Of a stretch of 10,926 nt of DNA, positions 1-6,903 are shown piece after piece. This DNA is from Armatimonadota bacterium. GTDB taxonomy: Bacteria > Armatimonadota > Fimbriimonadia > Fimbriimonadales > GBS-DC. Under the pieces are notes generated by a model. The model did not search any database, was not told the DNA's origin, and saw only the letters and a program-made list of their open reading frames with translations. Where the stretch lies: assembly GCA_037445735.1 (NCBI GenBank), contig JBBIJY010000045.1, forward strand, positions 1-10,926. The letters are read 5' to 3'. Position 1 is the first letter of the stretch; each line of letters begins with the position of its first letter. Made by a program: the position numbers and the translations under genes.

Positions 1-154
1 TTTGCCCCGATGGCGCTTGTACTATACCCCATCGATGACAGCGAAGTCAAGGGGTGTCGTCGATCGGGAGTTGATTTGAACTCAAGGGATGGAAAGTCGG
101 TGATCGACGGCAATCGGGTTGTGTGGATACGAGGTGTTGTGGTTGGATTGGTGA
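1..154. repeat. 154-bp direct repeat, copy 1 (CRISPR leader segment; identical to 10773..10926)
   Basis: Base-by-base identity of 1..154 (TTTGCCCCGATGG...GGATTGGTGA) with the last 154 nt of the window. Confidence 0.97.
21..50 (-). promoter_or_regulatory. Sigma70-like promoter in leader copy 1, pointing out of the window to the left
   Basis: Minus strand TTGACT-N18-TATAGT (45..50, 21..26); the same element precedes array 2 at 10793..10822. Confidence 0.6.
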
Positions 155-339
155 GAGGTCTACAGCGGGTGGTGGTATGGTGGTGGAAGTGTCGTCGAAC
201 GACCGGTCAGTCAGGATTAGTCGGGATTGGGGATGTTTTTGTTTTGCTGCCTGTGTCCCTCTTTTTTTTTCAGGGGGATAAGGATGTTAACTGGTGGGCA
301 TCGGCTCTGCCTTCGGGTGAAGCGGGTACACTTTACCCT

Positions 340-816
340 GTGATGGAGGGCAGGGCACCGCGCGAGAGCGAGGTCATTCTGACCCAGATGATGAACCCCG
401 AGCATGCGAACCCGCTGGGGAATGTGCATGGCGGCTGGATTCTGAAGCTGATTGACGAGGCGGGCGGGATTGTTGCCTCGCGTCATGCGCGCCGACCATC
501 GGTGACGGTTGAGATCGACTCGGTGAGTTTTCAGGCGCCTGTGCATGTGGGCAATCTGGTGCATGTGCGGGCGCGTATTACTCGCGCGTGGCGCACCTCG
601 ATGGAGATCGAGGCGATTGTGGAAGCCGAGAACCTGCTGACGGGCGAGCGGAGGCTGACCTCGCAGGCGTATCTGGTGTATGTGGCGCTGGACGAGCAGG
701 GTCGCCCGACGCCTGTGCCGCCCGTGCTGCCCGAAACGGACGAAGACCGCCGCAAGTGGGACCAGGCGGACCAGCGCCGTGCCGAACGGCTCGCCCGCCG
801 CGAAAAGAGGGGGTAG
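340..816 (+). CDS. Acyl-CoA thioesterase (hotdog fold, YciA-like)
   Basis: Motif NPLGNVHGGWILKLIDEAG, then SVTVEIDSVSFQAPVHVG and RTSMEI, and YVALDEQGRPTPVP. Start is GTG340 (7 nt after a TACACT -10 at 327..332) or ATG343; the longer ORF from 10 runs through non-coding leader DNA. Confidence 0.9.
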   Translation: MMEGRAPRESEVILTQMMNPEHANPLGNVHGGWILKLIDEAGGIVASRHARRPSVTVEIDSVSFQAPVHVGNLVHVRARITRAWRTSMEIEAIVEAENLLTGERRLTSQAYLVYVALDEQGRPTPVPPVLPETDEDRRKWDQADQRRAERLARREKRG

Positions 817-830
817 GGTATCCTTCCCCT

Positions 831-1016
831 ATGCCGATGGCGGTTCGATACGGGATCAGCGCGCTGATGGCGGTCTTCGGGCTGGCAATCATCTACTACG
901 ACTATGTTCTGCATCGGCGGCTGGAGGGCATCGCGCTGGGTGGATTGCTGATTGCGTGGGCGTTCCTGCGCATCTGGATTATCCGACGCTATCTGCCGCC
1001 GCGCCCGATGAAATAG
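831..1016 (+). CDS. Small membrane protein, 61 aa, two predicted TM helices, function unknown
   Basis: MPMAVRYGISALMAVFGLAIIYYDY...GIALGGLLIAWAFLRIWIIRR fills the intergenic gap; TATCCT -10 (819..824) lies 6 nt before the ATG. Confidence 0.7.
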   Translation: MPMAVRYGISALMAVFGLAIIYYDYVLHRRLEGIALGGLLIAWAFLRIWIIRRYLPPRPMK

Positions 1017-1047
1017 GGTACGATTCGCATGCGCACGGAGGCGAGCG

Positions 1048-1641
1048 TTGACGCGCGAGCGGCTCATACAGATGGAGAACGATGTGATCCGCGCGCTCAT
1101 CAGTGCGCTGGAGCTGGCGCACCCCTTTCTGGCGGGTCATAGCGAGCGTGTGGCGAGCTATGCGGTCGCGATTGGCTGCGAGCTGGGCTTGAGCAGACCC
1201 ACCCTGCGCCTGTTGCGCATTGCGGGCGCACTCCACGACATCGGCATGCTGGGGCTGCCCGATGAGCTGCTCACCTGCTCGAACCCGGCGCCCGAACAGT
1301 GGCAGGCGATTCGGGAGCATCCGCGCCTGAGCGTGCAGCTCCTGCGGCGCATCCAGCGGTTCCAGCACGCGCTGATTCTCATCGAGTGTCACCATGAGCG
1401 ATGGGACGGCAGTGGCTATCCGCACGGCTGGCGCGGCGAGCAGATACCGCTGCCGGCGCGCGTGCTGACGGTCGCCGAAGCGTTCGACGGCATGCGCACC
1501 CCGATGCCCTACCGACCCGCGCTCAGCGAACAGCAAGCCGTCGAACTCATCGAAGCGGGCGCGGGCAGCCTGTTCGACCCGCGCGTGGTGAAAGCCTTCC
1601 TCAAAGTGCAACCGCTCATCCAGCCTGTCGGACGCGAGTAG
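1048..1641 (+). CDS. Stand-alone HD-GYP domain protein (c-di-GMP phosphodiesterase family)
   Basis: GHSERV, LHDIG, HHERWDGSGYP, and RxxxPYR...FDP motifs; GGAGG SD at 1037..1041 before the TTG start. Confidence 0.9.
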   Translation: MTRERLIQMENDVIRALISALELAHPFLAGHSERVASYAVAIGCELGLSRPTLRLLRIAGALHDIGMLGLPDELLTCSNPAPEQWQAIREHPRLSVQLLRRIQRFQHALILIECHHERWDGSGYPHGWRGEQIPLPARVLTVAEAFDGMRTPMPYRPALSEQQAVELIEAGAGSLFDPRVVKAFLKVQPLIQPVGRE

Positions 1642-1674
1642 GGAAACGCCTGCCTGCATCGAACTCCATCCCTC

Positions 1675-2544
1675 GTGGTGGCGCTGATGGCGGAACTGTG
1701 GCATTATCGCGAGCTGTTATGGACGCTCGTCATCCGGGAACTGCGCGTGCGCTACAAAAACTCCGTTCTCGGATTCTTCTGGTCGCTGATCAACCCGCTC
1801 GTGACGGTGCTGGTGATGACCATCGTGTTCAAATATGTGATGGGCATGCGCATCGCGAACTACTCCGCCTATGTGCTGGTCGCCTATCTGCCCTGGACCT
1901 TCTTTCAGTTCGCGCTGCTCGATTCGAGCCAGACGATTCTGGCATATATGCCGGTCATCAAGAAGATCTATTTTCCGCGGGCGCTGCTGCCGCTGGCGAC
2001 CACGCTGGCGAATTTCATTCACTTTGTGCTGGCGATGGTGGTGCTGCTGCTCTATCTCCATCTCTATGTGGGCGCGCCGGTGCAGGTGGGGCTACTGCTG
2101 GTGCCGCTGGTGATGCTGACGGAGCTGCTGCTGGTGATGGGGCTGTCGCTGGTGATTGCCTGCTGGAACGCCTTCTATGAGGATGTGAAATATCTGGTGA
2201 GCGTCGGGTTGCAGTTGCTGTTCTTTCTATCGCCGATTATCTACTTTTCGGAACAGGTGCGTTATGCGGGTTTCGTGCCTGAGTCGTATCGGGAGACGCT
2301 GTTCTGTGCGTATCATCTTTTGAACCCGATGGCGACCTACGCGCTTGCCTACCGCAAGCTGATTCTGCCGCCCATCACGATTGTGCAGCAGAATCCGGGC
2401 ATCAGCGCCCAGCCGGTGCAGTTCCCCGATATGCCGCTGCCGTACTGGCTGCTGGGGGTTCATCTGCTGCTGGCGGCAGGTGTTGCGCTGGTCGGGCTGT
2501 TCTATTTCCGACGCCGTGAATGGGATTTTGTGGAGCGACCATGA
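1675..2544 (+). CDS. ABC-2 type polysaccharide export permease (Wzm/TagG family)
   Basis: RELRVRYKNSVLGFFWSLINPL, IKKIYFPR, FFLSPIIY and LLNPM motifs with multiple TM segments; the start could be ATG1687. Confidence 0.88.
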   Translation: MVALMAELWHYRELLWTLVIRELRVRYKNSVLGFFWSLINPLVTVLVMTIVFKYVMGMRIANYSAYVLVAYLPWTFFQFALLDSSQTILAYMPVIKKIYFPRALLPLATTLANFIHFVLAMVVLLLYLHLYVGAPVQVGLLLVPLVMLTELLLVMGLSLVIACWNAFYEDVKYLVSVGLQLLFFLSPIIYFSEQVRYAGFVPESYRETLFCAYHLLNPMATYALAYRKLILPPITIVQQNPGISAQPVQFPDMPLPYWLLGVHLLLAAGVALVGLFYFRRREWDFVERP

Positions 2545-3626
2545 ATCGGGCGGAGTTAGAGGCGTGGTTGAGGCTGTTGAATCTGGAGTTTTCGCCGGGC
2601 AAGTTGCGGGCGCTGCTGGCACGGTTCGGCGGCGACGCATCGGGCGTTTTGAGCGCGACGCCTGCCGAGTGGCGCGAGGTGCCTGGCGTACGCGAGGCGG
2701 ATGTGCAGGCGTTGATGCGCGCCGTGCAGGAGCCGTGCCCCATTCCGCCCGCGATTGCTGACGGCACTGTGCAGCTGGTGCTGGAGCGTGATCCGCGCTA
2801 TCCGGCGCCGTTGCGCGAGCAGCCCGATAGCCCTGTCGCGCTCTTCGTGTGGGGCACGCTGCAGGAGCGCGATCGGTTCGCGGTGAGCATCGTGGGCACG
2901 CGCGCGCCCAGCTCCTATGGGCGGATGGTCGCCGAGCGGCTCGCCCGCGATTTGAGCGAGGCGGGGCTGACGATTGTGAGCGGTGGCGCGCTGGGCATCG
3001 ATTCGGCGGCGCATCGGGCTGCCCTCGAAAGCGGCGGGCGCACGATTGCTATCATCGGCAGCGGGCTGGGACGGCTCTACCCTGCCGAGAACCGTCGCCT
3101 GTTCGAACGCATCGCGATGCAGGGCGCGGTCATCTCGCAATATCCCTACGAGGCGGAACCCGATGCGTGGCGGTTCCCCGTGCGCAATCAGCTGATTGCC
3201 GCCTGGGGGCTGGGCACAGTGGTGGTGGAGGCGCCCGAAGCCAGCGGCGCGCTCATCACTGCCCGACTCGCCGCCGAGTATGGACGCGAGCTGTTCGCCG
3301 TGCCCGGCAATATCGATAACCCGAAGGCGAAGGGCTGCCACCAGCTCATCAAGGATGGCGCGATGCTCATCGACTCGGCGCAGGATGTGCTGGACACGCT
3401 CGGCGTGCAACGCCAGCCGCGCGACGAGCCGACCGCCAGCCTGCCCGTGCTGACCGAAGTGCAGGAGCGACTGCTGAACGCGCTCTCGCTCCAACCGCAA
3501 CATCTGGACACGCTCGCCCGCGCCACGCAACTGCCCATTCAGCAGGTGCAGGTGGAGCTGACCATGCTGGAGATGATGGGGCTGGCACGCCGCATGCCAG
3601 GCGGCACCTTCGTACGGGTGCTGTAG
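2541..3626 (+). CDS. dprA: DNA-processing protein DprA (Smf)
   Basis: SIVGTRAPSSYG, IVSGGALGIDSAAHRAAL, FPVRNQLIA, VVEAPEASGALITA, GCHQLIKDGA and a C-terminal winged-helix segment; ATG2541 overlaps the permease stop (ATGA). Confidence 0.95.
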   Translation: MNRAELEAWLRLLNLEFSPGKLRALLARFGGDASGVLSATPAEWREVPGVREADVQALMRAVQEPCPIPPAIADGTVQLVLERDPRYPAPLREQPDSPVALFVWGTLQERDRFAVSIVGTRAPSSYGRMVAERLARDLSEAGLTIVSGGALGIDSAAHRAALESGGRTIAIIGSGLGRLYPAENRRLFERIAMQGAVISQYPYEAEPDAWRFPVRNQLIAAWGLGTVVVEAPEASGALITARLAAEYGRELFAVPGNIDNPKAKGCHQLIKDGAMLIDSAQDVLDTLGVQRQPRDEPTASLPVLTEVQERLLNALSLQPQHLDTLARATQLPIQQVQVELTMLEMMGLARRMPGGTFVRVL

Positions 3627-3631
3627 GCTGC

Positions 3632-4384
3632 CTATTCCCAGCAGAGCTTGCCCAGCGACACAGGCTTCGGAACGCCAGTCGTGCCCGGATATGCAACCGG
3701 CTCACCCTGCAGGTAGCAATCCGCCAGCACCGCGAACGCGATGGCCTCCTTGAAATCGGGATCGATGCCGTATAGCGCGGAGCTTTCGATGGCGGTATCG
3801 GGCAGGAGCGTTTGCAGGCGAGCCATCAGCGTGCGGTTGTGGACGCCGCCCCCGGAAACGATGAGTCGGCGCACGGGCACTTCGGGCAACACCCATCGCT
3901 GGATCGCGTCGGCAATTGTGCGGGCGGTCAGCTCCGTGAGCGTGGCGACCAGATTGTCCAGATCGCTCTTCTGCAGGTGATAGGCGAGCAGCATCGCCTG
4001 AAGCAACGCTTCACCGAACGGCTCGCGTCCGGTGGATTTGGGCGGTGGCAGGCGGAAGTAGGGGCGAGCGAGCAGTTCATCGAGCATCGCGGGGATAATC
4101 TGTCCGCGTGCCGCCCGTTCGCCGTCCCGATCGTAGCGTTCCGCGCCGTCGGTGCCCCAGCGCACCGCCAGATCGATCAGCGCGTTGCCCGGTCCTGTGT
4201 CGAAGGCGCGGATGGTGCTGGGGGAGCCGCTGGCAGGCAGCACGGTGAGGTTCGCGATGCCGCCAATATTGAGCGCGGCTCGCGGCTCGGTGCGATCGCT
4301 CAGCAGCAGCCAGTCGACGAAGGGCACAAGGGGGGCGCCCTGACCGCCGTACGCCATATCGCGCGTGCGGAAATCGGCAACAAC
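3632..4384 (-). pseudogene. anmK: Anhydro-N-acetylmuramic acid kinase, 5'-truncated
   Basis: Frame reads VVADFRTRDMAYGGQGAPLVP...LNIGGIAN...AFDTGPGN...PPKSTGRE...SGGGVHN...KEAIAFA. Upstream it runs directly into the CRISPR repeat (in-frame TGA at 4388..4390). The N-terminal SGTSxDG ATP-binding part is absent. Confidence 0.88.
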
Positions 4385-4480
4385 GTTTCAATCCCTCAGA
4401 GGTAGGCTACAAACGAAGGCGCAGGAGCTGCTCCTGCTCCTCAACCGTGTGTTTCAATCCCTCAGAGGTAGGCTACAAAC
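4385..4480 (-). CRISPR. CRISPR mini-array 1: 2 identical 30-bp repeats, one 36-bp spacer
   Basis: GTTTCAATCCCTCAGAGGTAGGCTACAAAC at 4385..4414 and 4451..4480; spacer 4415..4450. Orientation inferred from the reverse complement ending in ATTGAAAC, the typical Cas6 handle (type I-B-like repeat family). Confidence 0.9.
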
Positions 4481-4509
4481 GGTGGTCGACGGCTGCCCGC
4501 CCACCCTGG

Positions 4510-4569
4510 AGTATACCCCAAAGGCTGTCGGTCTCCTGCTCTATTATACCCCATCAGGTCTTTATGCAA
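4510..4569 (-). promoter_or_regulatory. Putative promoter(s) for mini-array 1
   Basis: Minus strand GGGTATAAT (4543..4551) with TTGCAT 15 nt upstream, and a second GGGTATACT (4510..4518). Shares GATGGGGTATA with the array-2 leader promoter. Confidence 0.5.
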
Positions 4570-4574
4570 CCCCT

Positions 4575-5000
4575 TCACTTGACAACCAGCACATGGCAGG
4601 GCGCGTGATTGACCAGCGCAGAGGCGGTACTGCCGAACACCCGCTCATGGAGCGTTGAGTGCCCCTGGTGCCCAATCACCAGCAGATCCACCTGATGGTG
4701 GTGGATGAACTCCACCATTGCCCACACCTCATGTCCTGCCACGATGTGGGTCTGAACGGGCATGCCCCTCTGTTGCGCCGCCTGCAGCACCTCCTGCTCC
4801 AGCTGGGCGAAGTAGGCATCTCGCTGATGTTTGACCTCCTCGTATTCACCGATGGTGATTGCATAGCGTGGCAGGTCCTCTTCCACCATTATCACGAACA
4901 GCTGGGTGTTGAGTGCCTGCGCCAGCGCCAGCCCTGTGTCGAGCGCCTTGCGGGCGCCGTCCGAGCCGTCAAAGCCGACCAGTATCCGCCGATACATCAT
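4575..5000 (-). CDS. Universal stress protein (UspA family)
   Basis: YRRILVGFDGSDGARKAL...DLLVIGHQG...FGSTASALVNHAPCHVLVVK; AGGAGGTG SD just upstream (start 5000 or 4997). Confidence 0.93.
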   Translation of the reverse strand: MMYRRILVGFDGSDGARKALDTGLALAQALNTQLFVIMVEEDLPRYAITIGEYEEVKHQRDAYFAQLEQEVLQAAQQRGMPVQTHIVAGHEVWAMVEFIHHHQVDLLVIGHQGHSTLHERVFGSTASALVNHAPCHVLVVK

Positions 5001-5013
5001 AACACCTCCTTCG

Positions 5014-6168
5014 CTAAGGGACAGACTCCGTCGCTTCAGTAGCCAGTGGCTCCACTTCTGTTGAGGGCTTGAAAAAGCTCTGGGCGATGAGGGTGGGCAG
5101 CAGCGCGCTCCCAATCACGACCGTCACCAGCACCGTGTACTGCTGCTGGTTGATGTAGCCGTGGGTCAAGCCGAACAGCGATGAGATGGTACCGAAGGTC
5201 AGCCCGGTGCTCATCAGCAGGGTGGTGTAGGTTGCCTCTCGATGGGGCATATGCCACAGGCGGCAGAGAGGATAACAGCCGACCACCTTCGCCACGATCT
5301 TGACCAGCAAGAGAATCGCCACCAGCCCGATGGCGGAGCCGAGCGCGGGCAGCGCGATGTACGAACCCGCTTTCAGGAAGTAGAACGGGGTGAGCAGGGT
5401 GAAGGTCACCGTGCGCAGCCGATGCATGAAGTCCCAGTTGCGCGCCATCGGCGCCGCCAGCGCCAACCCCAGCAGATAGGCAGGCAGCACCGCCTCACTG
5501 TTCGCCTGCACCGCCAGCGCACTTAGCAGCAAAACCAGCACCAGAATGAACTTGATCTGTGGCTCGCTGGTATGCACACTCACTCGCGCGAAGAACCAGC
5601 GGGTCAGCAGCGGCGCCAGCGGCAGGAGCAAAATGGACGCGCCCACAAACAGCAGTAGCCAGGCGTTAAAATGGGCAAACAGCAGTCCCAACGCGACGAC
5701 CGTGCCCAGATCGGTCACGAAGCACGCCGCCAGTATGAGTTTGCCCAGCGCCGTGCGGTTGAGACCTGTTTCGATCATCACGGCATAGACCACCGCCACC
5801 GAAGTGGTCGAAAGCGCAACGCCAGCGATTCTGGAGGCGTCCGCTGACCAGCCAGCGATGGAGAACGCATAAGCCATCGCCGCAAGGAAGGGCGCCACAA
5901 ACGAGACAAAACCGATTGCCAGCGATGCCTTCCAGTGCTGACGCAACGAATCGGGATCGATCTCCGCGCCTGCCAGAAAGGTCAGCAACACGCCGCCTAA
6001 ACCCGCCAGGAAATTAATCCACTCGTTTGGTTGAAGATGGAGCAGGTTGCCCGCAATCGTGCCCACAATAATCTCCATCAGCGCCACGCTGATCGCCAGT
6101 CGCATCGAAAGCAGCGAGGCAATCAGCGCCAGCCCAATCCACACAAAAGCGACCCACCAGACATTCAT
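5014..6168 (-). CDS. Cation:proton antiporter (Na+/H+ exchanger, CPA2/Kef-like), 384 aa
   Basis: Highly hydrophobic multi-TM protein with FLAGAEID, ALSTTSVAVV and ILAACFVTDLG motifs. Start set at MNVWW (6168) because the longer ORF overlaps the riboswitch. Confidence 0.88.
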   Translation of the reverse strand: MNVWWVAFVWIGLALIASLLSMRLAISVALMEIIVGTIAGNLLHLQPNEWINFLAGLGGVLLTFLAGAEIDPDSLRQHWKASLAIGFVSFVAPFLAAMAYAFSIAGWSADASRIAGVALSTTSVAVVYAVMIETGLNRTALGKLILAACFVTDLGTVVALGLLFAHFNAWLLLFVGASILLLPLAPLLTRWFFARVSVHTSEPQIKFILVLVLLLSALAVQANSEAVLPAYLLGLALAAPMARNWDFMHRLRTVTFTLLTPFYFLKAGSYIALPALGSAIGLVAILLLVKIVAKVVGCYPLCRLWHMPHREATYTTLLMSTGLTFGTISSLFGLTHGYINQQQYTVLVTVVIGSALLPTLIAQSFFKPSTEVEPLATEATESVP

Positions 6169-6248
6169 CGCGCCTGCCCCCCTGCCGTGTTGCAACCCGC
6201 AACGACGGTTGCAGGCGCCCGTAACAGCTGCCAGTGACCGTATACCAC
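6165..6248 (-). CDS. Putative 27-aa leader ORF (MVYGHWQLLRAPATVVAGCNTAGGQAR) coupled to the antiporter
   Basis: GGAGGTG SD (6255..6261) sits 6 nt before GTG6248; its TGA overlaps the antiporter ATG (ATGA, 6168..6165). Confidence 0.5.
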   Translation of the reverse strand: MVYGHWQLLRAPATVVAGCNTAGGQAR

Positions 6249-6271
6249 TGTCTTCACCTCCAGGAAAAGAT

Positions 6272-6334
6272 GCAGGAGTCATCAGCCGCTGGCGGCGGTT
6301 CGCCCCAAACGGGGGCGGGCGGAACTCCATCGCC
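6272..6334 (-). ncRNA. Fluoride riboswitch (crcB motif)
   Basis: Minus strand GGCGATGGAGTTCCGCC...AACCGCC...GCTGATGACTCCTGC matches the crcB consensus (P1 GGCG/CGCC, pseudoknot GGAGT/ACTCC). It lies upstream of antiporter and USP genes, classes known to follow this riboswitch. Confidence 0.9.
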
Positions 6335-6374
6335 CTCTCTGCAGTCCTACAAGGCGTGAGGGGACTGCAACTTT

Positions 6375-6402
6375 ATTATACCCTATCCCCTCACGGTATA
6401 CT
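6375..6402. promoter_or_regulatory. Back-to-back -10 elements for the divergent transcripts
   Basis: Minus strand GGGTATAAT (6375..6383) toward the riboswitch; plus strand GGTATACT (6395..6402) toward the 6426 gene. Confidence 0.55.
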
Positions 6403-6425
6403 TCCACAGACGGAGGGAGATGGAC

Positions 6426-6851
6426 ATGCGAAACCGATGGATGGTTGTGGCGTTAGGGCTTCTGCTTGGGCTGGGCGGGCTGCTCAGCCATGCGCAACTG
6501 GTGGAGAAGCTGCTCAAAGCGGGCGGCATCGCCTTTGTTGTGGACCGGCTGGGACCCGAAATGGACAGGGCGGTCAATCGGCTCACCAACACGAAGCCGA
6601 ACCGGAGTTTTGCGACGAAGGTGGTTCCCATCATCAGCGTTGGCACGGGCGCCTCTGTGGGCGCCGCGCAGGTGATGGGCAAACCCGACCTGGTGAAACG
6701 AGTGCAGGCGGTCGCCCAGATCGAGAGCAACTTCGCGGGGCGCCAGGTGCGTATCCGGGCGCTGGTGCCCATCTCCACCCGGAATCCTGGCAAGCGGCTC
6801 GAACGGGTGGAAGGCGTCGGTCTCTCCGGTCTGCTTGATATTCGCCTGTAG
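6426..6851 (+). CDS. Hypothetical exported protein with N-terminal signal peptide
   Basis: MRNRWMVVALGLLLGLGGLLSHA|Q signal-peptide pattern; GGAGGGAG SD at 6412..6419 (ATG6420 is an alternative start). Confidence 0.75.
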   Translation: MRNRWMVVALGLLLGLGGLLSHAQLVEKLLKAGGIAFVVDRLGPEMDRAVNRLTNTKPNRSFATKVVPIISVGTGASVGAAQVMGKPDLVKRVQAVAQIESNFAGRQVRIRALVPISTRNPGKRLERVEGVGLSGLLDIRL

Positions 6852-6903
6852 ACGCGGAAGCGCCCTATCAGCCAGTGTTGCTGGGCGATAAGCCAGACGC
6901 TCC

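Noticed and set aside
255-280. Poly-T run flanked by CCCT/AGGG as an intrinsic terminator
   Set aside because: The T run is in the loop rather than after a stem, and the stem is weak.
10-339. N-terminal extension of the 268-aa ORF
   Set aside because: It crosses the repeated CRISPR leader and low-complexity G/T-rich DNA; thioesterase similarity and a -10 box point to a start at 340/343.
2556-3530. Long antisense or alternative-frame ORFs (e.g. 2556..3530, 979..1704, 1401..2180, 7680..8357)
   Set aside because: Shadow ORFs typical of high-GC DNA, overlapping well-supported genes.
3632-4357. Complete 241-aa anmK starting at ATG4357
   Set aside because: Family similarity continues upstream of this ATG and the N-terminal ATP-binding motif is missing, so it is a fragment.
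4431-4440. Array-1 spacer word CTCCTGCTC(C) also found at 4533..4541 and in usp at 4791..4800
   Set aside because: Only 9-10 nt, outside the predicted seed, and plausible by chance in GC-rich DNA.
4365-4658. 97-aa ORF with repeated FQSLRGRLQT
   Set aside because: This is a translation of the CRISPR repeats.
6169-6330. 54-aa N-terminal extension of the antiporter ORF
   Set aside because: Its ATG is the conserved GATGG of the fluoride aptamer; the extension is not protein-like.
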